A DNA stretch of 64,000 nt from an uncultured Chloroflexia bacterium (GTDB taxonomy: Bacteria; Chloroflexota; Chloroflexia; QHBQ01; JADMIH01). A model generated the notes under the pieces. It saw only the letters and a list, made by a program, of their open reading frames with translations. It did no database searches and had not been told where the DNA came from. The stretch spans positions 608,001-672,000 of the forward strand of contig CAWCNY010000005.1 of NCBI GenBank assembly GCA_963797095.1. The letters are read 5' to 3'. Below, piece by piece: positions 1 to 10,287 of this stretch. A program made the position numbers and the translations under genes. Within the stretch, counting starts at the first letter, position 1; every line of letters begins with the position of its first letter.

Positions 1-9
1 GCATAGGAG

Positions 10-1287
10 GTGGCTACGATGCAAGTGGTTTATGAGAGATGCTGCGGGTTGGACATTCACAAGAGGACAGTAGTGGCTTGTATAATCTTGCCAGGAACGC
101 TGGGACCCACCGGCCAACCCACCGGCCAACCCACCAAGGAAGTCAAGAGCTTTGGCACCATGACCGATGATCTGCTCCACCTGTCCGACTGGCTCCTCTC
201 CCATCGAGTGACCCATGTGGCCATGGAGTTGACAGGGGTCTTTTGGAAACCCATTTACAACCTGTTGGAAGGGCAGTTCGAGCTTTTGTTGGTCAACCCC
301 CAACACATCAAGGCGGTGCCTGGTCGCAAGACTGACGTGCGAGACTGTGAGTGGATTGCCGATCTTTTGCGTCACGGGCTGTTGGCTGGGAGTTTTGTGC
401 CTGACCAGGGACAGCGAGAGCTTCGGGAATTGACGCGCTACCGCACCCAGTTGATAAGGGAGCGTGCTTCTGAGGTCAACCGACTGCAGAAGACGTTGGA
501 GGGGGCCAACATCAAGCTGGCAAGTGTCGCTACTGACATTACGGGAGTATCGGGGCGTCAGATACTGCAAGCTTTGTTGGAGGGGCAGAGCGATGAGCGA
601 GCAATGGCCGAGCTTGCCAGGGGGCGCATGAGGGAGAAGATACCGCAGTTGGAGGCGGCTCTCAAAGGGAGGTTCAGAGCACATCAGCGCTTTATGGTAG
701 CCCAGCAGTTGGCCCACATAGACTTCCTGGACGAGGCCATTGAGAAGGTGAACATAGAGATAGAGGCAAGAATGGCCCCTTTTGGGTGGGCGCTGGACCT
801 GTTGGAGACGATCCGGGGAGTGGGCCAGCGCACGGCTGAGGTGATCATCGCAGAGATAGGGGTTGATATGGAGCGTTTCCCCACCTCCCGCCATTTGGCA
901 TCGTGGGCTGGGATGTGTCCTGGGAACCATGAGAGTGCGGGTAAGCGTAAGAGTGGCAAGACACGTAAAGGCAATGTGTGGTTGCGAACGGCGTTGGTGG
1001 AGGCCGCTCAAGCGGCGGGGCGGTGCAAAGGGAGCAAGGAGAGCTACTTGTCTGCTCAGTATCGGAGGATAGCCCGCAGTGGTGGGTCCAACAAAGCGGC
1101 GGTGGCTGTGGGCCACTCTATTCTGGTAATTGCCTATGAGATGTTGAAGCATCAAACCACCTACAACGATTTAGGTAATGGTTACTTTGATGAGCGAGAC
1201 CGGCAAGCAAAAGAGCGGCGGCTGATACATAGTTTGGAGAAGCTGGGATACAGGGTCTCTCTTGAGCCTCTCCCTTCAGCTGCCTGA
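10..1287 (+). mobile_element. IS110-family transposase (DEDD RuvC-like domain plus Tnp domain)
   Basis: Motifs CGLDIHK, AMELTG, KTDVRDCEWIA, HLASWAGMCPGNHESAGK and KAAVAVGH; RBS GGAGG at 6-10. The left noncoding end lies outside the window. Confidence 0.95.
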
Positions 1288-1303
1288 TCCTGAGTTATTT
1301 TCA

Positions 1304-1340
1304 CAGCAGCAGCAGCAGAGCAGAGCAGAGCAGAGCAGAT
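1304..1340. repeat. (CAG)4(CAGAG)4CAGAT microsatellite at the IS110 right end
   Basis: Read directly; starts 17 nt after the transposase stop. Confidence 0.9.
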
Positions 1341-1541
1341 ACACCAAAAGTATTAGTACCATCGGGCCATCATCCTGGACGAATAGTGTTAGGAGAATCT
1401 AAGCATCGATTTGGGCCATTTGGGTTATTGTGTAGATCAGGCACAGCAGGTAAGATCAGTAAGGCAGCGCGGAATGGTTTACAGCGCGGCCATGAAACCC
1501 ACCCTACGTGTATAGGCCCGAAAATCGAAGGAGCATTTTGG

Positions 1542-2441
1542 ATGAACTTTCTTGCGTCAGGCGTCATACCCTTAGATTCAACTCTCGCGGTCATCGCCAC
1601 ACTGCTGGCAGTGTTCGGCGCGGTTGCTCTTTTGAAGAGCAATACTCGCAACATTTCGCAGCAGAGGCTAGTTCCAGTTCCCTTCGATTTTCCTTTCCCG
1701 ACGGGTACAGTCAGCCAGATATCTCAGGCGAACAACAACCCAGCTTTCGCCCAGCTTTTCGCCAAGCAGGGCAAAAGGGCGCTCGCGGTGCAGCCCACAG
1801 GGTCGGTGATGTCTATGGCAACCACTTTTCCGAGATCGTATGCAGGGCCCGTGGTTGTGCAGGGTAGCAAGTATCTGTGGGAAAGCAGATGGAGCCACCT
1901 TCCAAGTTTCGAGCAGGGGCGTGAAGGTGAGGAGCGCGTGGTGAACAGCCTGGTGAATACGCTCGACAAAGACTGGTATATCTTCCGCAATTTTGTGCTT
2001 CCGACCGAGGACGAGGATATAGATGTTGTGCTTGTCGGTCCAGCAGGTGTATTCGCCATGGAGGTGAAGGCCTGCTCCGGGGAAGTACAGTTCGAGAAGA
2101 GCAGATGTTACGTCAGGACGGCGCATGGTCGCCTGTACAGGCAGAGGCGCGGAACGAACGGACAGGTGAGGCACAGCGCGATCAAGCTCAATGGCTTCTT
2201 GAAGGAGCACGGTATTGATACACAACACTTCGTCAAGCCGATGGTTGTGATGGCTGGTGAGTTGAGCGTAGAGGCGGCCTCGACGCGTGCAGATGTATGC
2301 ACAGTAACAAACCTGCGACCCCGGTTGGGCAAGCTTACATCACGTCCAGCGTTTACACCGGGACAGGTGCGGCGGATAGCGGGCGTATTACAGACCGCCA
2401 CAAAGGAGCAGATGCTCTCAGGGTTGAGCAGAGTACACTAA
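1542..2441 (+). CDS. NERD (nuclease-related domain) protein with N-terminal TM helix
   Basis: QGREGEERV...DIDVVLVGPAGVFAMEVK (PD-(D/E)xK NERD pattern); GAAGGAG RBS favours ATG 1542 over 1386. Confidence 0.8.
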   Translation: MNFLASGVIPLDSTLAVIATLLAVFGAVALLKSNTRNISQQRLVPVPFDFPFPTGTVSQISQANNNPAFAQLFAKQGKRALAVQPTGSVMSMATTFPRSYAGPVVVQGSKYLWESRWSHLPSFEQGREGEERVVNSLVNTLDKDWYIFRNFVLPTEDEDIDVVLVGPAGVFAMEVKACSGEVQFEKSRCYVRTAHGRLYRQRRGTNGQVRHSAIKLNGFLKEHGIDTQHFVKPMVVMAGELSVEAASTRADVCTVTNLRPRLGKLTSRPAFTPGQVRRIAGVLQTATKEQMLSGLSRVH

Positions 2442-2455
2442 ACCCAGCGCCTTGC

Positions 2456-2502
2456 AGGCCGGTCAGGTGTGACCCCGGAGTTGTAGAGTCCACCACCGGC
2501 CT
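2456..2502 (+). terminator. hairpin after the NERD gene, possible terminator
   Basis: AGGCCGGT/ACCGGCCT stem with an inner GGTG..GAC/GTCCACC pairing, followed by CTTT. Confidence 0.45.
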
Positions 2503-2511
2503 CTTTCGCAA

Positions 2512-2559
2512 CAGTACACTGCTAGCAGTATAGCGCATTAGTCTTCTAGATCATTAGGA
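2512..2559. promoter_or_regulatory. 8-bp-phased TA(G) array with palindrome ACTGCTAGCAGT upstream of the glycan operon
   Basis: TA at 2515, 2523, 2531, 2539, 2547 and 2555 (five are TAG); perfect 12-bp palindrome at 2518-2529. Confidence 0.5.
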
Positions 2560-2610
2560 GCACTTCCTAGAGAATAGGAATTTCATAAAACGGCATCGGA
2601 GAAGAAAGCT

Positions 2611-3849
2611 ATGATAGATACCTTCGATAATCTTACAACAGGGCCATTGAGGGCGATACGAGATAGCCTGGCGAATGTAATCACGGGCGGACTCTCGGCG
2701 CATAAAGTGGACCGGCCCACGACTACGATCATAGTACCGGCCTACAACGAGGAAGAAGGTCTGCCACATGTGCTTGGCGACGTCTTGGAGGCAATTGATG
2801 ACACCTACGAGGTGATCGTGGTGGACGATGGATCGAGCGACAACACACGCGGAGCAGCGGGAGAGTTCCCCGTGAGGCTTATCTCGCATGAGGTGAACAA
2901 GGGCAAAGGCGCGGCTATGCAGACGGGTATCCGGCACGCCAGGGGCGAGAAGGTAATCTTCATCGATGCCGATGGCACTTACCCGGCGAGCGCGATCCCG
3001 GAGGTGGCGCGGCAGCTAAGCTATCATGATATGGTGCGATGCGAGCGGCAGGAAGGCCGGGGCAATATCCCTGTGTTGAACCGCCTGGGGAACGAGGCGT
3101 TCGACCGCATTATCAAGAGCATGCATAGAGTTGAAGGCGGGGACGTGCTAAGTGGGTTGTACGGCCTGAAGAAGAGCGTTCTGACGGCAATGCGCCTGGA
3201 CGCAGACGGCTTCGATATCGAGTTGGAGATCATGATCAAGGCTCAGGCGATGAATATCAAGTCATCGAGCGTACCGATCAGCTACAACCCGAGATACGGG
3301 GTGAAGAAGCTCAACCCGGTACGCGACGGCGCGAAGATACTGGCGCGGGTATTTTGCCTGGCAGTCATGTACAACCCGGTTGCGATGTATGTTGTGCCGG
3401 GCATAGTCGTGGCAGGCCTTGCGAGCCTGGGATTGCTCGGGCTAATCGCAGGGCCGATCATCACACCCATAGCCAATTTCAGCACAAACACACTCATTGT
3501 GACGGCGATGGCGTACCTGGTCGGTTTCCAGATGGTGATCTTCGGGTCAGTCGTGAACCTGTACGCCGCTCAGACCGGTATCGGCACCCCCAACCAGCGG
3601 CTGGCGACACTGGTGGCACGCTTCCCTCGGCTGGTAGGTGGAATCGCCGGGTTCGGAATGGCATTGAGCGGACTGGTGTGGAGCCTGTGGCAAGCGCTGG
3701 CTTGGGTGTTCGGCGGGTTCGGTGAGTTCCACAACACCGAAGCTCTGGTCATATCGCTCTCGCTGTTGGTGTGGGGCGTGCAGGTGCTTTCCACAGTGCT
3801 CTTCCTTACGCTGTTCGCCACATCGGCCAGACGGGCGCTGGATAAGTAA
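2611..3849 (+). CDS. GT2 glycosyltransferase, polyprenol-phosphate (DPM synthase-like), with C-terminal TMs
   Basis: IIVPAYNEE, VVDDGSSD, NKGKGAA, FIDADGTY, GFDIELE; hydrophobic C-terminus. Confidence 0.9.
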   Translation: MIDTFDNLTTGPLRAIRDSLANVITGGLSAHKVDRPTTTIIVPAYNEEEGLPHVLGDVLEAIDDTYEVIVVDDGSSDNTRGAAGEFPVRLISHEVNKGKGAAMQTGIRHARGEKVIFIDADGTYPASAIPEVARQLSYHDMVRCERQEGRGNIPVLNRLGNEAFDRIIKSMHRVEGGDVLSGLYGLKKSVLTAMRLDADGFDIELEIMIKAQAMNIKSSSVPISYNPRYGVKKLNPVRDGAKILARVFCLAVMYNPVAMYVVPGIVVAGLASLGLLGLIAGPIITPIANFSTNTLIVTAMAYLVGFQMVIFGSVVNLYAAQTGIGTPNQRLATLVARFPRLVGGIAGFGMALSGLVWSLWQALAWVFGGFGEFHNTEALVISLSLLVWGVQVLSTVLFLTLFATSARRALDK

Positions 3850-3880
3850 GAACAGACTGGCAGATATGAGGAAGTCGAAT

Positions 3881-4879
3881 ATGGACGCTCAGAACATACA
3901 GCTTGATATATCGGTCATCATCTGCGCCTACACAGAGGCGCGATGGGGAGACCTGACGGCAGCGGTCAGGTCGGTACAAACAGGAAGCCGCCAACCCCGC
4001 GAGATCATCGTCGTGATCGATCACAACTCTTCGATGTTCGGGAGGGCACAGGTAGAGATAGCGGGCGTGAAGGTAGCGGAGAACAGGTATACCAAGGGGC
4101 TATCGGGAGCACGCAATACCGGAGTTGAGAAGGCAACTGGAGAAGTAGTGGCATTCCTGGATGATGACGCAATCGCCACGCATCGCTGGCTTGAGCGGAT
4201 AGCGGATGCTTTTAGCCCCGATGTAATGGGCGTGGGCGGCAGCAGCGAGCCGTTGTGGGCCGCAGGCAGGCCCCCATGGTTCCCGGACGAGTTCGATTGG
4301 GTAGTAGGCTGCACGTTCCGAGGGATGCCTGTCGAGCGAAGGACGGTAGGGAAGTTGATCGGCTGCAACATGTCGTTCCGCCGACAGATTCTCAATGTGA
4401 TCGGGGGCTTTCGAAGCGAGATGGGACGAGTGGGACAGCGCCCGCTGGCGGGCGAGGAAACCGAGTTTTGTCACGCAGCCTCCAAGACATGGCCCCAGAT
4501 GAGGCTGGTGTATGAGCCAAAGGCTGCGGTGTTCCACCGAGTGCCGGAGACGAGAGCCAATCTTCGTTATTTCGTGTCTCGCTCATATTGCGAGGGGCTG
4601 TCGAAGGCGCTGATCTCGCGATACGTAGGCGCAAGCGACGCTCTCGCGACAGAGCGCACTTATACTACGCGCACTCTACCCGCAGGATTCATACGCGGCA
4701 TAGGCGCTACCTTCAGCGAGCGATCGATGGCGGGATTGGGCCGCGCGGGGGCAATCGGGATCGGCCTGGGGGTGACGCTAGCTGGATATGTAGTGGGCAG
4801 TGTGTCGGACCGGATGGCAAAGAATGTGCGTGAGCCTCGCGCAACGCTCGGTCTCCCTGAGGGAGAAGGAGCAGCATAA
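3881..4879 (+). CDS. GT2 glycosyltransferase
   Basis: SVIICAY, GLSGARNTG, FLDDDA, GCNMSFRR, GEETEFC; start is 3866 or 3881. Confidence 0.9.
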   Translation: MDAQNIQLDISVIICAYTEARWGDLTAAVRSVQTGSRQPREIIVVIDHNSSMFGRAQVEIAGVKVAENRYTKGLSGARNTGVEKATGEVVAFLDDDAIATHRWLERIADAFSPDVMGVGGSSEPLWAAGRPPWFPDEFDWVVGCTFRGMPVERRTVGKLIGCNMSFRRQILNVIGGFRSEMGRVGQRPLAGEETEFCHAASKTWPQMRLVYEPKAAVFHRVPETRANLRYFVSRSYCEGLSKALISRYVGASDALATERTYTTRTLPAGFIRGIGATFSERSMAGLGRAGAIGIGLGVTLAGYVVGSVSDRMAKNVREPRATLGLPEGEGAA

Positions 4880-6000
4880 TGAAGATCCTGATGGTAACCC
4901 CACACTTCTACCCACACATGGGTGGCATCGAGCGCCACGTGGCTTGCATAGGCGAAAGCCTGATCGCCACGGGTCACAAAGTAACGGTAGCTACAGTAGA
5001 CCACGAAGGCAGACTACCACGTGAAGAAGCCGTCAACGGACTGCGGGTGATCCGCTTCCGCACGGCGGGCAAGGGCGTGTATAACGTTCCACTTTCGATG
5101 CTCGCGTACCTTGCACGCGAGGGGCGCGCCTACGACGCAGTGCATGCATTCAATTATGGTGCGCTCCCTCTCTTCTTCGCAACTATCGCCTGTGGCAAAC
5201 GCTGTGTGGTTACGCCTTGTTACCATCGCAGAGGTCATTCGTCATTCGCCAGCAGGCTTCGTAAAGCGTATGACCCATTCGCGAAGGTGGCGCTAAAGAG
5301 GGCAGGCCGGATCGTGTGCCTCTCAAAGGGGGAAGTGCAGGAGCTTTCGTTCAGCCTCGGCATATCCCAGAAGGGGATGATGATTATACCATCGGGATCG
5401 ACAGTAGCGGCATCGCACACACCGATGACCAGGGTAGCACCAGATGGAGAGCGCGTAATCCTGAGCGTTGGCAGGCTTGAAGAGTACAAGCACATTGAGA
5501 GGGCCATCGAGGCTATGATGCATCTCGGTAACAGGTACATATTGGTGATAGTGGGCGATGGGCCTGATCGCGATAGGCTCACAAAGCTTGCCTTATTGTT
5601 GGGTTTGGGGGACAGGGTGAGGTTCGAGGGTAGGGTAAGCGATTATGAGTTGAAGACGCTGTACAGGCGCGCCAGCGTTGTAGTGACGTTCTCCGACTCG
5701 GAGTCGTTCGGGATAACGGTGCTGGAGGCGCTTCATTACGGGAAGCGCGTAGTCTGCTCGGATATACCTGCATTTCGCGATTTCAGAGAGGAGTTCCCGC
5801 AAGCTGTATCGCTGGCAGGAGCGAGCAAGAGCGCGAAGGGTGTGGCCTGGCTTATGCACCAGGCGGCAGACCGCCCGGCGCTCGCACCGCTAGACCTGAA
5901 TGAGTATAGCTGGCAATCGATCGCCGCCAGACTTGCACAGGTCTACGCCAGTTTGAACCGTTCACGAGCCAGTTACAGGACCAAACCATTGGTGAGTTGA
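4879..6000 (+). CDS. GT4 glycosyltransferase
   Basis: PHMGGIERHV, SVGRLEEYK, ESFGITVLEA (EX7E motif). Confidence 0.92.
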   Translation: MKILMVTPHFYPHMGGIERHVACIGESLIATGHKVTVATVDHEGRLPREEAVNGLRVIRFRTAGKGVYNVPLSMLAYLAREGRAYDAVHAFNYGALPLFFATIACGKRCVVTPCYHRRGHSSFASRLRKAYDPFAKVALKRAGRIVCLSKGEVQELSFSLGISQKGMMIIPSGSTVAASHTPMTRVAPDGERVILSVGRLEEYKHIERAIEAMMHLGNRYILVIVGDGPDRDRLTKLALLLGLGDRVRFEGRVSDYELKTLYRRASVVVTFSDSESFGITVLEALHYGKRVVCSDIPAFRDFREEFPQAVSLAGASKSAKGVAWLMHQAADRPALAPLDLNEYSWQSIAARLAQVYASLNRSRASYRTKPLVS

Positions 6001-6014
6001 GAGGCCACACATCT

Positions 6015-7292
6015 ATGAGAGTTTTGCTTGTATCCGATTTCTACCCACCCCACACCGGAGGCATGGAAGGGCACGTGCGCGCACTGGCGCATGGCCTGCG
6101 CGCGGAGGGCCACGAGGTGATCGTGGCGGCCACCGAACGGGAAGACGGGCTGGATATGCACGAAGGCATCCAGGTGCACAGGCTGAAGGGATTGTACCAA
6201 CGCATGACCTTTGCGTTCGCGGATAGCGATCGAATGTATCCACCACCTGCGATTGACCCTGAGTTGAGCATGAAGTTGCACGCACTGATAGGTAAGGTGA
6301 GGCCCGACGTTATTCACGCGCACGGGTGGGTTGTGTATTCGGCCCTGGCGGCGAATGCGCTACACCAAGTGCCGTTCGTCAATACGATGCACGACTACGG
6401 CCACTTCTGCGTGAAGCGCGACCTGATGCGCGGAGACGGAAGCATATGTGAGACGGGGAGAGGACCGGATTGCATGGCTTGCGCCAGGACCCGATACGGG
6501 AATACAAAGACGCTGCTTACTTTCGCGGCCACCGGGATGGGGCTGCGCCAGTTGTCGGGAGTGGATGCTTTCATCGCGGTGAGTAAGTTTGTGAGCGAGC
6601 AGAGCGCGCCCTATATGCCCGACAGGCCCGTACATATTATCCCCAACTTCATCGATCCGATGGCGCTCGCGAAGTCGCGGGACAGGCAATCGCAGGGGCA
6701 CTTACCCAGGCGGTTCGTGCTCTTTGTGGGAGTGCTTGTGCCATTCAAGGGCGTAGATGACCTGATTGAGGCATTCAAGCTGGCAAGGGAGCGCAATGCT
6801 GAACTGGAGGATGTTGAGCTGATGCTGATGGGGAGGCAACACCCCTCCGCGAGCTATACCAGCGATCCACGGAACAAGATTACGGTGATGCACAACCCAC
6901 CGAGGGGGATGGTGGTGGAGGCGATCTATTCATGCTGGTTTATGGTAGTACCGTCGCGGGGGCATGACGCCTGCCCCACCACGGTGCTCGAAGGTGTGGC
7001 AGCCGGGAAGCAGGTGATCGGCACGAGGGCAGGGGGCATACCTGAGTTGCTGGAGGACATAGAAGGCGCAGTTATTGTGCCGCCCTCGGACCCCGAGGCG
7101 CTGGCAGCCGCAATCGAAGCTGTATGCGCCCGACAAACCACAGGGTACCAGGGTATGCAGGACCTGAATCCGGTACCGCCCGGCTATATGCCACTGCACC
7201 CAGAGCGTGTTATCGCGGAGACGGTCGAGGTTTATGGAGAGGTGGTAGCCCGCCGGAGCAATATCAAACAGGAAAAGAGGAGGGTAAGCTAA
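6015..7292 (+). CDS. GT4 glycosyltransferase with Cys-rich insert
   Basis: YPPHTGGMEGHV, HDYGHFC..C..C..C, KGVDDL, DACPTTVLEG, GGIPE. Confidence 0.9.
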   Translation: MRVLLVSDFYPPHTGGMEGHVRALAHGLRAEGHEVIVAATEREDGLDMHEGIQVHRLKGLYQRMTFAFADSDRMYPPPAIDPELSMKLHALIGKVRPDVIHAHGWVVYSALAANALHQVPFVNTMHDYGHFCVKRDLMRGDGSICETGRGPDCMACARTRYGNTKTLLTFAATGMGLRQLSGVDAFIAVSKFVSEQSAPYMPDRPVHIIPNFIDPMALAKSRDRQSQGHLPRRFVLFVGVLVPFKGVDDLIEAFKLARERNAELEDVELMLMGRQHPSASYTSDPRNKITVMHNPPRGMVVEAIYSCWFMVVPSRGHDACPTTVLEGVAAGKQVIGTRAGGIPELLEDIEGAVIVPPSDPEALAAAIEAVCARQTTGYQGMQDLNPVPPGYMPLHPERVIAETVEVYGEVVARRSNIKQEKRRVS

Positions 7293-7294
7293 CG

Positions 7295-8497
7295 ATGGCA
7301 CTCAATCCTACAGTGGCGCAAGGCGAGGTATTGCTACTGGGGCGGGCCTTGCACGCACCCTGGAACGAAGGCACACGCGTTATTGCGCGCAACCTGGCGG
7401 CAGTCGCCGGGCTGTTGAGGCCGGTACAGGTGATGTCGCTCACGCGTCGCGAGTTCGACAAGGGCAACGAGGATAGATCTGAGATGCCGGTCAGGCATAT
7501 TTATACGGGCGCGAACTACGGGGCGGTCGGTGACTATGCCAACCTGGGGCGAGTGATCGAGCAGACCAGACGGGTATTGAGCACCAACCGCGTAGCCATC
7601 GCCCACCTGATAGGGACGCCGCTGGCACTGGCACCATGGCTGCATTACCGGGGAATCAGGGTAGTCAATCACATCACTTTGTGCGAGCAGGTGTATATGG
7701 GGCACGTCGAGAGGATGCGGGCGCAACTTGGGTGGCAGATATACGACAGGTGGATTGATATGTATGCGGTCAGCTCACCGGCACTCGTGGGACCTGTACT
7801 TTCGCGTGGGATCAATCCCGCGAAAGTGTGCGTTGTGCCAGCGCCGGTGGACACGGGAATATACAGCCCTGACAACCGCGAACAGACGCGGAGATCGCTT
7901 GGCATCGGCATGGAAGACCTGGCTGTGGTGTATGTTGGAACGCTTTCACCAATGCGCTTCCCGGTGGAGACGATACGGAAGGGATTGGAACGTGCCTCGT
8001 GGAGGGCAAGGAGAAAGGTGCGGTTCTTCGCGTTCGCACCCAACGCTACTCACAGCTACAATCGCTCGTGGAGCGAGGAGGTACGCCAGGCGCTGGCTGA
8101 TATACCCGATGTGGAGGTAAACGTTACGCTTGGCGACCTGAGCGACACCGATAAGGCCCGCTGGTTCCGAGCTGCGGACGCGGTGCTTGTGCCTTTTACA
8201 GCACCCGTGGCGATCGAGCCGCCGCTCACCATGCTGGAAGCAATGGCTTCAGGGGCTGTGGTAACTGCCACGCCGTTTGCCAACCGGTCGGAGAGCATTA
8301 CCAGAGGGGTGAACGGTTATATCTATTCGACGGGCGAAGAGCTTGAGGATACGCTGGTGCACGTGCTTCGTCACACCAACAGCGCACATCTGAAAGAGAT
8401 GAAGCGACAGGCTCGCGAGACAATCGTGCGGCAATATGGTTTTGCTACAGTCGCTGCCAGTGTTGCGAATGTTTGGAGCAGGTTGGAGCGCCAATAA
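7295..8497 (+). CDS. GT4-like glycosyltransferase
   Basis: PWNEG, EPPLTMLEAMASG; ATG 7295 follows the upstream stop and a GAGGAGG RBS. Confidence 0.82.
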   Translation: MALNPTVAQGEVLLLGRALHAPWNEGTRVIARNLAAVAGLLRPVQVMSLTRREFDKGNEDRSEMPVRHIYTGANYGAVGDYANLGRVIEQTRRVLSTNRVAIAHLIGTPLALAPWLHYRGIRVVNHITLCEQVYMGHVERMRAQLGWQIYDRWIDMYAVSSPALVGPVLSRGINPAKVCVVPAPVDTGIYSPDNREQTRRSLGIGMEDLAVVYVGTLSPMRFPVETIRKGLERASWRARRKVRFFAFAPNATHSYNRSWSEEVRQALADIPDVEVNVTLGDLSDTDKARWFRAADAVLVPFTAPVAIEPPLTMLEAMASGAVVTATPFANRSESITRGVNGYIYSTGEELEDTLVHVLRHTNSAHLKEMKRQARETIVRQYGFATVAASVANVWSRLERQ

Positions 8498-8498
8498 T

Positions 8499-10286
8499 AT
8501 GGTAAGCATCTCTACGCAGGAGAAGATTGCTAGCCTGGACGCCGGGAAAAGCGCGAGAGAAATATCGTTTGTTTCGACGCGTGCACTGGCTATGGTGCAG
8601 ATGGTGTGCCTGGTGGTGCTGGCCGGGTGCGGCTTTGGCTCGATCCTGGCGCTCCGCGAGGCGGAGTGGCTCTTGCGGCCAGGCGAACTTGACCTTGCGA
8701 GCGCCCTGCCGACACCCTACTGGCTAATGCTGGCAGTCGGAACGTTGGCCGGGATCATCATCCTGTTGAAGTCGGATTCGGACGCGGCACGAACGGCTGC
8801 TGTGGCGGGGATCGCGTTTCTGTTTGGACCTGCTTTCTTGCTCGGTATCTATCCGGGGGTGGCGGGGTGGGATACTTACTTGCATGCCGCTCCAGCGAGC
8901 ACGCTGCTGGCTGGGCAGGGGATCCCGGCTAATAACTATTACGCTGGGCAGTACCCAGGCACCGCAAGTCTGCTGGCGATTGTATCAGGTGCGACTGGGC
9001 TTAGCCCCGTAGAAGGGGGGATACTGGTCACGGCGGGGGCGGGGATAAGTTTGACGCTGCTGTGGATGGGGATTGCCCGCCACTGGCTCGATTCGCGAAC
9101 TTCAGCATGGGCAGCACTGGGGGTGCTGGCGCTCACGCCCGCTATCTTGACCAATGACCATATCTCGCCGTGGAATGTCAGCTATGTGCTGGTGTGGGCG
9201 ATGGTGCTGTTGCTGTTGGTGGGGGTGGAAAGCCCGCGAGCATGGATGCAGGCGAGCGTAGGCGCGCTGCTCCTCGGAGGGGGCACAGTGGTTGTGCACC
9301 CGTTCATGCCGATCGTGGCGACAGTGCTCGCGGGTGGGTGCGCTTTGCTGGCGTGGAGGCGAGGGTCGATCCAGGGCAGCGCAGCGGGCTGGTTCGCGCT
9401 AATGCTAGCGGTGGCGGCAACCGCCTGGACGATATATGTGGCTACGCAGTACTTCGGGACGGGAGTAGCCTTCCTGAAGAATGTGCTGCTGGGAACGCAG
9501 GATGTGGCAGACCAGTGGACAGGGCTTTCGACATATGAAGTGCTCAAGCGCGCTTCGACGCCCGCTTTGAGCATTATCGCGCTGAGATGGGCTGGGTATG
9601 CCGGGGCTGGAGTGCTGGCGCTGACCGGGCTGGTGCTGCGCAGGACGCGACGGGACGTAGGCGGAGTGCTTATGATCGTGGCGGCGAGCGTGGCTTCGCC
9701 TCTTGTAGGTTTCGCGTCGGAAGCCCCGTGGGTGCAGCGCTTTCTATATCTCGCTCCGCCACTGCTGGTGATGGCCGCCGCTATTTCGTTGAAGGGGTGG
9801 GCAGAGCGACTCAATATGGGTAGGCGTGCCGGGCTGGTGGGGGCACTCTTGATGGGCGCGTGGCTGGTGGGGAGCACCCTCGTGTGGCACCCTCCTACGC
9901 TGGTAAATAGCGTACACCCTGAGGAGTCGACCTTTGTGGTGTGGCCACAGGAGACGGCTGCCGCACGGTACGTGGCAAATCTCAATGCGAACGGGCCTGT
10001 GAGCGTAGGCAGTGATTTGCAGACGATGATCATCTACTCTTACTTCAAACCGAATTATTCACCGTTTGATCACGGTATATCGATGGGGTCAAATCTGACG
10101 GAGCAACTGGGACAGAACATGTTTATGTTCGATGGAGAGTATGTTATCAGGTCGGGCAGGCAGGAAATGGTGAGCTATGGGGCTCAGGATATGGACCCCG
10201 GCTTCTGGCAGGGACTCGACCACAACTTGAATAGTTATAGCGAGAGGATTTACGACAACGGGTTTGTGCAGGTTTACAGGCGGTGA
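8499..10286 (+). CDS. polytopic membrane protein (DUF2206-like; candidate GT-C transferase or polymerase)
   Basis: About 13-14 hydrophobic segments; GWDTYLH, YPG, VVHP motifs; C-terminal RIYDNGFVQVY; sits inside the glycan operon. Confidence 0.55.
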   Translation: MVSISTQEKIASLDAGKSAREISFVSTRALAMVQMVCLVVLAGCGFGSILALREAEWLLRPGELDLASALPTPYWLMLAVGTLAGIIILLKSDSDAARTAAVAGIAFLFGPAFLLGIYPGVAGWDTYLHAAPASTLLAGQGIPANNYYAGQYPGTASLLAIVSGATGLSPVEGGILVTAGAGISLTLLWMGIARHWLDSRTSAWAALGVLALTPAILTNDHISPWNVSYVLVWAMVLLLLVGVESPRAWMQASVGALLLGGGTVVVHPFMPIVATVLAGGCALLAWRRGSIQGSAAGWFALMLAVAATAWTIYVATQYFGTGVAFLKNVLLGTQDVADQWTGLSTYEVLKRASTPALSIIALRWAGYAGAGVLALTGLVLRRTRRDVGGVLMIVAASVASPLVGFASEAPWVQRFLYLAPPLLVMAAAISLKGWAERLNMGRRAGLVGALLMGAWLVGSTLVWHPPTLVNSVHPEESTFVVWPQETAAARYVANLNANGPVSVGSDLQTMIIYSYFKPNYSPFDHGISMGSNLTEQLGQNMFMFDGEYVIRSGRQEMVSYGAQDMDPGFWQGLDHNLNSYSERIYDNGFVQVYRR

Positions 10287-10287
10287 T

